A DNA stretch of 64,000 bases from Camelus dromedarius. Taxonomy: Eukaryota. The notes under the pieces were generated by a model that was given only the letters and a program-made list of their open reading frames with translations, ran no database searches and was not told the origin of the DNA. Both the position numbers and the translations under genes were made by a program. The stretch spans positions 89,654,001 through 89,718,000 of the forward strand of contig NC_087436.1 of assembly GCF_036321535.1 (NCBI RefSeq), written 5' to 3'. Positions 26,963 through 39,974 of the stretch are shown here, piece by piece; positions within the stretch are counted from its first letter, which is position 1, and each line of letters opens with the position of its first letter.

Positions 26963-28404
26963 GTATGGCACATAGTTATGGTTCCTGAAGAGGTAAATCT
27001 AAATCCTGAAACATCTCTTCAGTGGGGACTAGGTGTGTGCATAAAAGGAGTGAGAATTAGTATAAGAGAGAGCAACTCTAGAAGGTAGAGAGCCTTGAAA
27101 TACAAATAAAGGAATTTGATCTTGTACAGCAGGTACTTGGAAACCAGCATAGCTTCTTGAGCAGGGGATAGTATGATGATAGCCATGTTTTAGCAACCAG
27201 TGCTCTGGCAGGATGTTGGAAGTTCATGATGATCCTCCCCCAAAATCAATGCATTTCATAGATAAGAAAACCATTATGTAAATAATTTACCAACAGAACC
27301 AAGGCTAACACCTCAAAACTGAGCATGTTATATTTATGAAGAATGTTTAAAAAATGTAAACAAATATACACCAGAAAGTGCTTCAATACCTTGCCATATT
27401 TAAAGTTAGGTGAGATTAGAATGCAAATAACCATTAAATTTACAGGGACAACTGTAGAAGATCTTAACTCAACCCTCCTGAGAAAAATTCTCTGATATTT
27501 AATTGTCTTTGCAAAGTTACTCTTCATTCAATGACTTGGGCAGTTTTCAGGTCATTCCATTCCCAACAGCTATGTGACATGCATTAGCTGTGACCACTGA
27601 AACGTGAAGAAATTAAGCAACTACAGAAGACATTAGGGAACTATAAAAATTTAGTGACTGAGAGTGGCAATGTGAAGTTGCAATTAGCCTATTTTTATTC
27701 TTTTTAGGATGACATTTCACTAATGTACACAAACTTAGAAGTAGCAGAACAGAATGTAGAGACTCATTCCCTTAACTTATATAAAGAAATTTGTGAGTGT
27801 TTATTATGGTAATAATAGTTTGAATTAATTTGAAACCGCTACTTCTTCCAGAAATATACTAGGTATTGTGAGTTGCCTATTAAACAATCATTTCTTGTTT
27901 TTTAATTTGGCATCCATTGCTTTACCGAATAAGCCAGATCACTGGGAAAAGTTGACTCTGTTCCCAATGAGAGGGGTGGGGGAGAAAAATGAACCACAAT
28001 TTAGAGGGAGATAGAATGGGGCACAACTTGGGGCTGACAACTTCAGTCATCCAACAAGTACCTCCTGCTAGACAATCACCAACCACAAAAAAAACTACAT
28101 TCTTTGAGAGAATGAATGAAGAACTTTATTTAATGGCAGAAACAATCTCAGAAGAATGAGGACTGGAGGGGAATAAAAGACTGTACATAGATATTTTTCT
28201 CTGTAGGATTTGGTGGAAATAGTGGTCAGAAAAGTAAAAGGCTAGAATTCTATCTGAGAAGCTAAACCCTTCAACCCATGGGGTTCAGTCAGTTTTCTGT
28301 TCTTACAGTTTTGCTTGACACTGCATCCAAAAATAGCCCCTGTATAGTAATCATTCCACTAGAATGGAAGGCCATAGCAGAAGTTAAGTTTTATTTATTT
28401 GTTT

Positions 28405-28800
28405 TCTTATTGATTGATTGATTGATTGATTCAAGAAACATTAATTGAAAACTACGATGTATAAGATATTATCTACTTTACTGGAGGTGCTGCAAGGGTC
28501 TACTCCCTGGGACTTTTATTCTCCTTGGGTAGAAGAACAAGAAAAAAGTAAACAGAAATGTAAATACAGTGATTTCAAAAAGCAATGAAGGAAATCAAAC
28601 ACAGGTTTGTAATAGAAAATGATGAGGATGGAGTAATGGCCCTTTGGATAAGACGGTCACAGAGGGCTTAAGGAGATACACTTTAACTGAGAGCGGAATG
28701 ATGAGAAGGCAGACAAATGAAGACCAGAGTAATTGCCTTCCTGTTAGATGGGAACCATTAATTCAGAGTCCTCATATAGGAAAGAGCTAGAATCTGATTT
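28405..28800 (-). mobile_element. L2 3' fragment with (ATTG)n tail
   Basis: ATTGATTGATTGATTGATTCAAGAAACATTAATTGA...GGTCACAGAGGGCTT. Confidence 0.6.
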
Positions 28801-29756
28801 GTCTCACTGAATCCCCAGTACTGGAAAAATACTGAAAGATCTGTCACATAGGCTAGGAGCATTATTTATTTAAATGCATGTGATGAATACTTTTACCAAC
28901 TAGATTTTTGTTAAGACAAGTTTATAATATCCTTAATGAATTATGGAAGATGTTTAACTTGGAAAATAATAAGAGAAGTAACGTTGAATTGTGAAAATAC
29001 TGATGTTGAAAATACTCAGATGTATCACAATTTTTTAGCATATTGTAATTTCTGAAAAGACTGTGTCTTATTCTCTTGTTGTAAACTTCCTACCTGATTA
29101 GGTAGAATTATTTAAAATACTTGAAATTAGTCTCAGTGCAGCACCTCTTGGCAAACATAGGTAATCCTTCTTACCAGAGGATTGAATCTTTCATCCTACT
29201 ATTATGGTAATTTCACATTTCTTACCATAGCAAAATCTAAAATTACTTTTGTGTTTTACCTACCTCTCAGTACATAAATAAATATCATAGGCTGTTTTGC
29301 CTGAAACTTAGATTTGACTTGAAGTAGTGACTTTCTATTTAAAAGAAAATATGCTATTTTAGTACAGAATTCTAGCTTTAAATCATCTGTCCCCAGTGCA
29401 GTGTCCTTCTATTGCTTGTATATTTCCCACTTGTAACTGTTGAAAAACTTATTAAAATTTATAAGTTAAATTACTTCCATGGGGCACAACATGGAATTTT
29501 GCTTCACATAGCACTGAAAGTAATTTTAATTAAAAACTTAAAAATTTCCTTACATGATACCATGTACAGACTGTAAAAGATAATCTATGTGGACACAAAG
29601 TGGCTTATTAACTATATATAACAGCCAGGTAATAAAAATGGAGTAAATTCATTTATGGTTTCTTCCACTAGGATATAAAATCATGAAAGTAGGCACAATA
29701 TGTATCTTGGTTACAAGTTACTGTTTGATTTCCTTCAACTTTCAGAGACCTCTAAA

Positions 29757-30170
29757 ATTTTTTATTGAAGTATATTTGATTTACAATTTGGTATTAGTTT
29801 CAGGTGTCCAGCAAAGTGACTCAATTCTTTGTATATGTATATACATTCTTTTTCAGATTCCTTTTCATTATAGGCTATTACAAGGTATTGAATATAGTTC
29901 CCTTTGCTATACAGTAGGTCTTTGTTGTTTATTTTATGTATAATAGTGTGTATATATTAATCCTAAACTCCAATTTATTCCTTCCCCAACCCCTTTCCCC
30001 TTTGGTAAACATAAGTTTTTCTATGTCTATGAGTCTATTTCTGATTTGTAGATAAGTTCTTTTATATCATTTTTTTTAATTCCACATATAAGTTATATCA
30101 TATGACATTTGTCTTTCTCTGTCTTACGTACTTCACTTAATCGATAATCTCTAGGTCCACCCATGTTGCT
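29757..30170 (-). mobile_element. 5'-truncated L1 3' end
   Basis: TTTATTGAAGTATATTTGATTTACAA...CTAGGTCCACCCATGTTGCT; degenerate TSD AGAGACCTCTAAA/AGAGACTTTTTAAA. Confidence 0.85.
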
Positions 30171-30319
30171 GAGAGACTTTTTAAACTTAGTAGATATTTA
30201 GTAACTTTTGTTTAATGAATGGTTTAATTAGTTGGTGATAATTGGAGAGGCAGATTAGAAAAGAAGGATAAGAGTATGAGAGATTTGAAAATGCTAGTTT
30301 AAAGAGTAAGCATAAATGA

Positions 30320-32504
30320 TTCTGGTTAGCACCTAAAGAACTTAGAAATTGTCACACCACCCTAACAACAAGTAAAAAGCTGAATAAACTGAAAAATCCA
30401 CAGCTCTCCTTTGATATCTCAGAGAGTGAGATCACAGGACAAGCCACTGCCCTTAAAAATCAGAGAGCAGATAGGCAGATACACAGACCAGAGCAGAACC
30501 CCATGAGCTAAAACTCCATAGGAACCAGCACTGGGGTAGGGAAACCTGAGCTGTAATTAATGAATTTCTGGAAGTCAGTGTGGACAAGACTGAGAGATAA
30601 ATCTTCAAGGGGACCTAGTCATAGGGGGCCCCCATACTTTTGTGAGTTTTACCTCCTGGTGCTCCACTAGATTCTCACAGTGAATAGTGGAGAAAAATTC
30701 CCTCGTGCTTCCAAGAAGGAAGAAGGAAAAAGGAACAATTTTGAGATAGGTCCCTTTTATCTATATGAGAAGAACTGTAAAACTCTGATGAAAGATATTA
30801 AAAAACTAAAGATATAGAGAAAGTCCATGTTTATGGATAGGAAGACTCAATATGGTCTAGAAGTTAGTTCTTTCCAAATCGAGCTACCCATCAAGTTGTT
30901 TTATGGACATTGACAAACTGATTCCAAAGTGTATGGGGAGGAGCAAAAAACCCACAAGAGCCAATACAATCTTGAAAGAGAAGAACAAAGTCAGAAGACT
31001 GATGCAACCCTTCTTCAAGACTTACTGAGAAGCTACAATTATCAAGACAGTGTGATATTGGCAAAAAAACCCAAAAAACAAACAAAAAACATTGACAAAT
31101 ATAATAGCAAAGAGAGTCTTTTCATCAAACAGTGCTGGAACAACTGGACATACATGTGGAAAAAAAAAAGAATTTAGAGACAGAGCTTACACCCTTGACA
31201 AAAATTAACTCAAAGTGAATCACAGACCAAAATGTAAAATACAAAAGTATAAAACTCCTAGAACATAACATAGGAGAAAATCTGCATAACCTTGGCTCTA
31301 GTAATGACTTTCTAGATACAACACTAAAAGCATGATCCATAAAAGAAACAACTGATAAGCTGGACTTTATTAAAGTTGAAAACTTCTGCTCTGCAAAAGG
31401 CAATGTAAAGAGTATGTGAGAGAAGCCACTAACTGGGAGAAAATATTCACAAAGGATACATCTCAAAAAGGACTGTTACCTAAAATATACAAAGAGCTCT
31501 TAAATCTCAACATAAGAAAATGAGCTACCCAATTAAAATATGGGCAAAATAATTGAACAGTCACCTCACCCAAGAAGATAGTCAGCAAGGAAGTATATGA
31601 AAAGATGTTTAACATCATATGTCATTAGGAAATTGCAAATTAAACAATGAAATGCCACTACACACCTATTAGCATGGTCAAAACGGACAATTTCATAAGC
31701 TGATATGGATGGGAAGCAACAGGAACTGTCATTCATTGCTGTTGGATGTAAAATGATGCAGCCATTTTGGAAGACAGGCAGTTTCTTACAAAAACTAAAC
31801 ATACCTTCCCATACAATCTGGTAACTGCTACTGCTCTCCTTGTATTTTCCCGAATGAGTTGAAAACTTTGCCAACATACAAACTAGCACATAAATGTTCA
31901 TAACAGTTTTATTCATAATTGCCAAAACTTGGAAGCGACTAAGACGCCCTTCACTGGGTGAATGGATAAACTCTGATACTTTCAGACATGGAATGTTATT
32001 CACTGCAACAAATAATAGCTATCAATCCATGGAGAAACATGGAAGAAACTTAAATGCATATTACTCAGTAGAAGAAGACAATCTGAAAAGGCTTCATATT
32101 GTATGATTCCAACTATCTGACATTCTGTAAACCTCAAAATGATAAAGACAGTGAAAAGATCAGTGTTTGCCAGAGGATAGAGGGGCGAGAGTGATGAATA
32201 GACAGAGCACAGAGGATTTTTAGGGCAGTGAAATTATTCAGTATGATACTACGATGGTAGATACATCTCATCATATAGTCTTCAAAATCCACAGAATGTA
32301 CATCATGAGTGAATGTGAAAACGTGTTAATGTAGGTTCATTGATAACAACGTAGTAACAAACGCACTGCTGCGGTCTGGGTATTGATAGCAGGAGAGGCT
32401 GTGCACCTGTGGAAACAGAGTGTATATGGGAACTCTCTGTAGTTTCTGTTCAATTTTTCTGTGAGCCTAAAATTTCTCTAAAAATATAGTGTATTTTTGA
32501 AAAA
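30320..32504 (+). mobile_element. L1MC-type element: 5' UTR-like segment joined to the 3' part of ORF2 and the 3' UTR
   Basis: 5'-like block 30320-30750; ORF2 remnants such as MFITVLFIIAKTWK (31894+); L1MC 3' end TATATGGGAACTCTCTGTA...GAGCCTAAAA; TAAGCATAA on both flanks. Confidence 0.8.
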
Positions 32505-32534
32505 TAAGCATAATAATTGGCATAAAATGATTGG

Positions 32535-32720
32535 GTACTGAATGAGAGCATTGGCATTGGAATCATTCCATCCTGGGTCTGAATTTCAGCTTCATCTTTT
32601 ACAAATTGTGTGCCTTTGGGCTATTTAATTTTTCAGATCTCATTTTCCTTCTCTGTAAAATAAGGTTGATAACACCTACATTATATACTCCTGAGGTTTT
32701 TTTGTATGAGGTGATATTTG
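32535..32720 (+). mobile_element. MIR SINE
   Basis: CCTGGGTCTGAATTTCAGC...TGTGTGCCTTTGGGC...TTTCCTTCTCTGTAAAATAAGG. Confidence 0.7.
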
Positions 32721-33722
32721 TAAAGATATTTCCTCATCCTCCACTTCCTCCTCCTCCCCTTCTCTTGCCCCCTGTCTTCTCTCCCCTCATTCCCAGATAC
32801 TCTTTAGGCTGAAAATGAAGAGCATTGAAGTTGAAAATAGATTTTAAAAAATGCAAGAAGATCGTGAAGTCCGAAATGCTAGTTATGCAAAGAAAATCAG
32901 CCGTTGGATTCCTCATTTACACATTCAATTCAGTTTGACTCTGCTTTCTGGGATTCCTTCTGAGCTGAGGCACGGAAGCTGATGCTACCCCTATGCCAAG
33001 CAATGACTGATGCTGGTTTGTCATCAGTAGGTGCCCTGCCTTGTTAGACAAGCTCTGCTTTGCCTCTAGAACACTGACATCCCTTAGAATTCTCAGCTCT
33101 TAGAAGGAGTCCGTATTTGTGCATTTGTATGGTAATGCCCTTTTAATTTATATATCCCCTCCTTGGAATTAAACACTTGCCTTGTTCTTGCCAGTCCCTG
33201 CCGTGATCTTTGGTCCAGCCCCGGAACTCAGCCACGAGACTGGAAGGATTTGTCTGCTTTTTAGCATCCCTGATGCTGATTGTCAGATCCCAAGAGATGA
33301 CAATAAACATATTACACATTCATGATTTCCAGCCTCTGAGTTCTCACACATCTTTTCCCTTATGTTTAGTCATTTCTTCCCCAATTTCTCCAAAAGGCTC
33401 TCATATCCTGCAAAACTCAGTTAATACTTGACTCTTATTTCAGTAAGAAATCACACCACCTGGTAAGAACATTTTGTTTTGTAGTCATGAATTTAATGTT
33501 TAATTAAATATTTAAAAATTAAGTGTAAAAAGTCATACATAGCAAACATTTCAAAGTGTGGAAAAATTTAACTTGGAAAGAAAATGTTCTTCAACATATG
33601 CAGTCCTAGTCAGCAAAGTTAACCATGCTGGAAACATATATATCACATACATATATATAATTGCAAACTGGAAATTTGTAACTTAGCTACATCATTCTGT
33701 AGCACATAAAGATCAGCACATA

Positions 33723-35208
33723 CATTGGTATAAAAAAAAAAAAAGACATATGGACCAATGGAACAGAATAGAGAGCCCAGAAATGAACCCACAAACTTTT
33801 GGTCAACTAATTTTCGACAAAGGAGGCAAGAATATACAATGGAATAAAGACGGTCTCTTCAGCAAATGGTGTTGGGAAAACTGGACAGCAGCATGTAAAT
33901 CAATGAAGCTAGAACACTCCCTTACACCGTACACAAACATAAACTCAAAATGGATCGAAGGCTTAAACATAAGACAAGATATAATAAACTTCCTAGAAGA
34001 AAATATAGGCAAAACATTATCTGACATACATCTCAAAAATGTTCTCCTAGGGCAGTCTACCCAAGCAATAGAAATAAAAGCAAGAATAAACAAATGGGAC
34101 CTAATGAAACTTAAAAGCTTCCGCACAGCAAAGGAAACCATAAGTAAAACAAAACAACAACCTATGGAATGGGAGAAAATTTTTGCAAATGATAAAACTG
34201 ACAAAGGCTTGATCTCCAGAATATATAAGCAGCTCATATGACTTAATAAGAAAAAAACAAACAACCCAATCCAAAAATGGGCAGAAGATCTAACCAAGCA
34301 ATTCTCCAAGGAAGAAATACAAATGATCAATAGGCACATGTAAAAATGCTCAATATCACTAATTATCAGAGAAATGCAAATCAAAACTACAGTGAGGTAT
34401 CACCTCACACCAGTCAGAATGGCCATCATTCAAAAGTCCACAATGGCAAATGCTGGAGAGGCTGTGGAGAAAAGGGAACCCTCCTACACTGCTGGTGGGA
34501 ATGCAGTTTGGTGCAGCCACTGTGGAAAACAGTATGGAGATTTCCCAAAAGACTAGGAATAGACTTACCATGTGACTCAGTAATTCTACTCCTGGGCATA
34601 TATCCAGAAGGAACCCTACTTCAAAAAGACACCTGCACCCCAATGTTCATAGCAGCACTATTTACAATAGCCAAGACACGGAAACAGCCTAAATGTCCAT
34701 TAACAGATGACTGGATAAAGAAGAAGTGGTATATTTATACAATGGAATACTATTTAACCACAAAAGATGACAACATAACGCCATTTGTAGCACCATGGAT
34801 GTCCCTGGAGAATGTCATTCTAAGTGAAGTAAGCCAGAAAGAGAAGAAAAATACCACATGAGATTGCTCATATGTGGAATAAAAAAAATAAGAACATAAA
34901 TACAAAACAGAAACAGACTCATAGGCATAGAATACAAACTTGTGGTTGCCAAGGGGGAGGGGGTGGGAAGGGATAGACTGGGAGTTCAAAATTTATAGAT
35001 ACTGACAGGCATATGTAGAATAGATAAACAAGATTATACTGTATAGCACAGGGAAATATATGCAAGATATTTTGGTAGCTCACAGCGAAAAAAATGTGAC
35101 AATGAATATATGTATGTTCATGTATAACTGAAAAATTGTGCTCTACACTGGAATGTGACACAACATTGTAAAATGACTATAACTCTATAAAAAATGTTAA
35201 AAAAGAAA
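33723..35208 (+). mobile_element. Young 5'-truncated L1 (ORF2 C-terminus and 3' UTR) with exact 15-bp TSD
   Basis: ORFs DQWNRIESPE...KWCWENW and [18 protein letters not shown] (Cys-rich domain); TSD AAAGATCAGCACATA at 33708-33722 and 35209-35223. Confidence 0.97.
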
Positions 35209-35294
35209 AAAGATCAGCACATATAGATCTACTCTTATGATTTTTGTTTTTGGAGCAAAGATGTCTTATTTATTTTTTTCTCTTCCTGGGAAGT

Positions 35295-35350
35295 TTTTTT
35301 TTTTTTTTGAAGTATACTCAGTTTACAATGTTGTGTCAATTTCTGGTGTA
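35295..35350 (-). mobile_element. Very short L1 3' terminus
   Basis: T-run then GAAGTATACTCAGTTTACAATGTTGTGTCAATTTCTGGTGTA, the reverse complement of the terminus seen at 50970-51015. Confidence 0.75.
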
Positions 35351-35408
35351 ATAACATTTTTAACTTTTTCCTCCTTTACCTGTGATCTTACACAAAGCTT
35401 AATTCATG

Positions 35409-35863
35409 TGCATTGATTTCCCGGGGCTCACATACAAACGTGGTGACTTAAAACAACAGAAACTTCTTCTCTCATGGTTCTGGAGGACAGAAGTCGAAAA
35501 TCGAAGTGTCAGTAGGGCCAAACTCCCTACACAGGCTTTAGGTGAGAATCTGTTCTTTGCTTCTTTCTGCTTCTGGTGGTTCCCAATTTCCTTGGCACAA
35601 CGCTCCAGTCTCTGCCTCTGTCTTCGTTTTGCTTTCTGCTCTATGTGTCTGTGTGAAATCTCCCTCTGCCTTTCTCTCATAAGGACATTTGTGATGGCCT
35701 TTGGAGCTTACCTAGAAAATCCAGGATTATTTCGGCATCTCAAGATCCTTAGCATAATCACAGCTGCAAAGACTCTCTTTCCAAATAAGCTAACATCCAC
35801 GTGTTCCAAAGATCTGACGTGGATACTTCTGGGGGAAGGGGAGTTGTTTTTAAGTCTATCACA
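35409..35863 (-). mobile_element. MLT1C/D MaLR LTR
   Basis: GGTGACTTAAAACAACAGAAAC...CTCATGGTTCTGGAGG...CTGCAAAGACTCTCTTTCCAAATAAG. Confidence 0.85.
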
Positions 35864-37345
35864 TCACATCTTTCTCTCTCTTCCATCTCAGAGAAGGCGT
35901 CTACTTGTTGGCCTTTAATCTTGCTTCTATCCTGCCTTAGCTTAGTTCCCCTTTGTTTCTTTGCCAAGCCAGAAACAAAGACTTGATTATTTGGAGGGCA
36001 GTTCAGGACTGAAAATACTTTATCCTACTCTGTGGCCTCTCTTTTCACCACTACTCATCAGTCTGGGTCAAAGAGTTTTCTCTTCAAAGAATTTCTTGGT
36101 CATATTATTCAGAATTTTCCTCAACAAAGTTTCAATCTTACAATATTAATGTCACTTTTATTTTATTCTTTCAATGAAGACATTTTAATTTTTCATTTCC
36201 CAAAATATATTCTGTATGAGCACACATTTCAAAGCCTTAGGTCTGCCTACCTTGATTTTCCCAGGGAGTTTCTTTAGAAACCTCTTGGCTTTCTTCACAT
36301 AGAGTAATAACTCTATGATGTCTTTTTTTCTTGGTATCCTGAAAATAAGTTGTTTTTTTTTTTTTGCCAGGCTTTCAAATCATCCTTCCAGAAAAATGTC
36401 CTCACTACTCCAGGTCTGCATACATGCAAACATTCAATTTCATTTAATTCAGTGCAAATATGAACAAGACAGACTGTGTCCTGAAAGAGTTCACCATGCA
36501 GAAGAGAGAATAAAACAAATAAACAAATCACAGTGAACCCAAGGCAACGTAGACTTTTAAAAAGAAGAGGGAGGAAAAGACAGTACAAATAAAGTTCCTA
36601 GTACACAGTGTCTCCTAGAACAGTGCCTGGGCTAATTTGCAGTTGTAATTGAAATGATGTATTTGTTTATATTTTGGTGGTGGGTTTTGTAGCAAAGCTA
36701 CGAAGAAGATGGCTGGTGAAGTGAACTTAATGGAAAAATCCCTTCTCTTGGCCAGGGTTTATAGAGCAGTGCAATCAGAGAACACAGTAAAAACAGGATA
36801 GAGAAGACAGCAGTGGAGTTTTTAGTGAGGTCTATACTATCTATGGGTGTGCCTTAAACTTCATCAGTGTTGGTTACAAATGAGATAATGTGGATTACCA
36901 CACCAAATCTCAACAGTTTTGAGTTACTACCTGTTTATCAGCAAAATTCTATCTTACCTAGTGAGTCCTATCCCCCAATATTTCTGAGATTCTCTGGGGA
37001 CATTTCTGTACCCTTGATTCAGGCCTCCTTGTGGATTGATCCCTGCCAAGTGCTGGAGAACTCAGACATAGTTCTTGACTGCAGTTCCTAGCCCCCAAGC
37101 CTAACCTTCTTGTTCCATTTCCTCCAGTGAGTCTGTCATGCTACAGATGGTGGGGGCTGATAGTCATTTGAAAATCTAGAAGTTCCCCAGAAATTTTCAA
37201 CTTTCTGAACCACTTAGTCAAGGGATCCCGACCACCTCTCAATCTCATGTTGCTGAGCTCCATTCTCACTAACCCTGAATTTGTCTTTATTGGATCATGT
37301 CCATGCTGTAGTCCAGTAGATGTGTTCCGCTACAAATTCAAATCT

Positions 37346-37348
<3 letters not shown>

Positions 37349-37378
<30 letters not shown>
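37349..37378. repeat. (CA)n microsatellite
   Basis: Pure AC run of about 14 units. Confidence 0.95.
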
Positions 37379-37381
<3 letters not shown>

Positions 37382-37799
37382 AAAGCCCTTTAACAATCTA
37401 GACCGGTGTTAAGTCCAGCTTGCTGATCCATATTACTTTTCTGGAGATAGTACTATTTTTTTTTTATATAGACACCAATGTATCCTCAGGACAAAACCAG
37501 TAAATATATTTTAATGGCAGACTGAATGAAAGAATTGGATTTTCTTTTTATTTGGCCTTGGTAGGGATAAACTCAGTCTCATAAATTTTAAAAAATATAT
37601 TTATAACATCTAGAGTAAGAAAATGTATGCTATGATCCCACAGATTTTCCTATATAAATCTCCTTTGAAAGTTTATAATTAATAGATGCAGAGAGATGAA
37701 AGATGTTGACTGCATTATCTCTTTGCAGAGCCAACATCTGTAATAGACACAAATTTGGGCAAATGCTTGGCTCAAAACAGGCTGTATTTATACTGCAAC

Positions 37800-38120
37800 T
37801 TCTGTTATTTGGGCATGGTTAACTGATACAAGCTTCAGTCTTATGATGCAAGCTAGGCCAGTCAGAATCTACCTTTCAGATTTTAGAAAAATCACATGGG
37901 AACATGTAAAGACAGAGCTGATTGAAACTGAGTCTTCATATGGTAGCATTTGCTGCTAAGATACTTGGAGATGCCCTAGCTTTTGTGATTATGATGCTTG
38001 GAGACTCTGTTTTCTTTAATTCTAAGAGTGACTCCAGTGTCCTTCCAATAAATCTCTGCTTTGCTTAGGTTAGCCAGTGCCAATGTCTACTCTTTGTAAC
38101 CCAAAGAATCTTAATGAATA
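37800..38120 (+). mobile_element. ERVL LTR (LTR16/LTR33-like) fragment
   Basis: GCTAGGCCAGTCAGAAT...CCAATAAATCTCTGCTTTGCTTAGGTTAGCCAG...TGTAACCCAAAGAATCTTAATGAATA. Confidence 0.55.
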
Positions 38121-38544
38121 AATCATATAGTTCTAAATATAAATGAAAATGTGTGGAAAAGGGATGCTTTATTCACCAGCCAATAAAATTGAAAGCCAAG
38201 TCCTAGAATCTGGTTAAAATATCTTGTCAGTGTGTCCTGACTTGATAGTACTCAGGTTTATTGGAAATCCCAAGGACTTTGGTATAGAAAATCTAAATCT
38301 GAATCATAGCAATGATTTTGTATGTGAGATTTGGTCAAGTCAATGTTAATTACAAAAATATAAAGATATATAAAAAGGTATATATATAGTTTACATAATT
38401 ATAAGTAATATTAAATAACATTCATAAATACATATCATTTTACACTTCTATAAATTGGAAAGGCTAACACTTGATCAGTGCTCTTGTGAGAGTTAAATGA
38501 GAATGTAGGTTGAAAGTCAGAGTAGAGTCAGCATTTATAATACT

Positions 38545-38990
38545 TGTGTAGAAACAGTTGAAGATAAGGCCAGAAAGACAAATTGGAGCTGCGCTTTGGA
38601 GAGCCTTATATGCCACAGTGAAAAATTGGAAGCTGATTTATTTGGGAACTGGAAGGCATTGCACTGAAGGTCGTTGAGCAAAGGAGTGGTATGATTGTTG
38701 CTGTACTGTTTGAAGATTAATGTGACACTATGATACGAGTTGAACAATTTGGAGATGGTAAATGGCGATCTCTCAGAAGATGTTCTAGTAATCCAGGTGA
38801 TAGCAATGAGGGCCTGAATGAGGCTGGTAACAGAGGGAACAAAACAGGCTGGAGGTATTGGAGACACATAACAGTGCGATGAGTTGGTTGTGGTGGGGTG
38901 GGGAGCGGGGGATGGTAGCTGAAGGAGAAGTATATAAATCAGAGGTTCTTGAGGTTCTAATCCTGATGGCTTGAGACAAAAGCAACCATA
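38545..38990 (-). mobile_element. L2 fragment
   Basis: GAGAGCCTTATATGCCAC...TAGTAATCCAGGTGATAG...GAGGGCCTGAA. Confidence 0.65.
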
Positions 38991-39670
38991 GTTCAGAATG
39001 CTAGAGATACTACATGAGAAATAAAACTATAACTTTTTATATCTTATAGCATCTTAAGCTTCTTAACCATTATTTTGTGCATTTCTTTCATCAGTAATGG
39101 GTTATGAATCACTCACCATCTATGTCATAACCTGATTAGATTCCTCTAGAATTGTCTGAACAGAAAGAGTTTGGCTTTTCCTCAGATCTCCCATGCTTCT
39201 TATGTATAATACACCCTTAAATTGTATCAAACTTCCACTCCACCTATAGTTGACTGAGCACAACTTTTATACCTGAAGTACTGCTCATTATTTCACATTT
39301 GTTATCTTATTTAATTTGTTTAATCTTCACAAGCCACCTGTTTGTGCTACACACTATTATTCTTTTTTCAAAAGTAAGGAAGCAGAAGTTCCAAGAGGTG
39401 GCCATTACTCAATTCATGGCCGGACTTACTTCTTGGAATTACCTCCTGTTAGTTTTCCAGCCACAAGAACAAATCAACATCTTGGACGTGCCTCTTGAGA
39501 CAAATGAAAAATGGTTCTGAATGATTATTCTTTCTTTCTGAAACCTAAATTAGCTTTTGGAAAATTTATTAGCATTGAAGGTATCAGACCAAATGTGTAG
39601 CAGGCTGTTAAAGGTGATTATTTTGAAATAAACAAAATTGAATTACAGGTTCTAGAATGTATTTTTATGG

Positions 39671-39974
39671 CAGTGGTTTTCAAACTTCTTTGTGCCACAA
39701 ACACTGAGTTACAAAGGTTCCAGGGACAGTGGGTCTTTAAAGCAGCTGGTCCTTATGGGTTGGAGTATCCACGGGTGGCGCAGAAATATCTGGGAGGGTG
39801 TAACATTGCAAAAGTGGCCCAGTTTTTGTCCTGGTAAATGCTTTTAGGTAGTGTGCTGCCGTCTTATCCCCAGTTGATCTCTGCAAAAAATAAACATATT
39901 TTTCATGTGCCAAGTCTGTCCTGGCTTCATCCTGAATTTATAACTACATTCATAAGTTTCAAAAAAAGGCACTG
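39671..39974. mobile_element. hAT-Charlie non-autonomous element (subfamily uncertain)
   Basis: Imperfect TIRs CAGTGGTTTTCAAACTT ... AAGTTTCAAAAAAAGGCACTG. Confidence 0.5.

Noticed and set aside
33750..34861. 163-aa, 171-aa and 193-aa ORFs as host genes
   Set aside because: They are L1 ORF2 fragments and their antisense frame inside a TSD-bounded, truncated L1.
35406..35918. 170-aa ORF
   Set aside because: Lies within an MLT1 LTR and has no recognisable domain.
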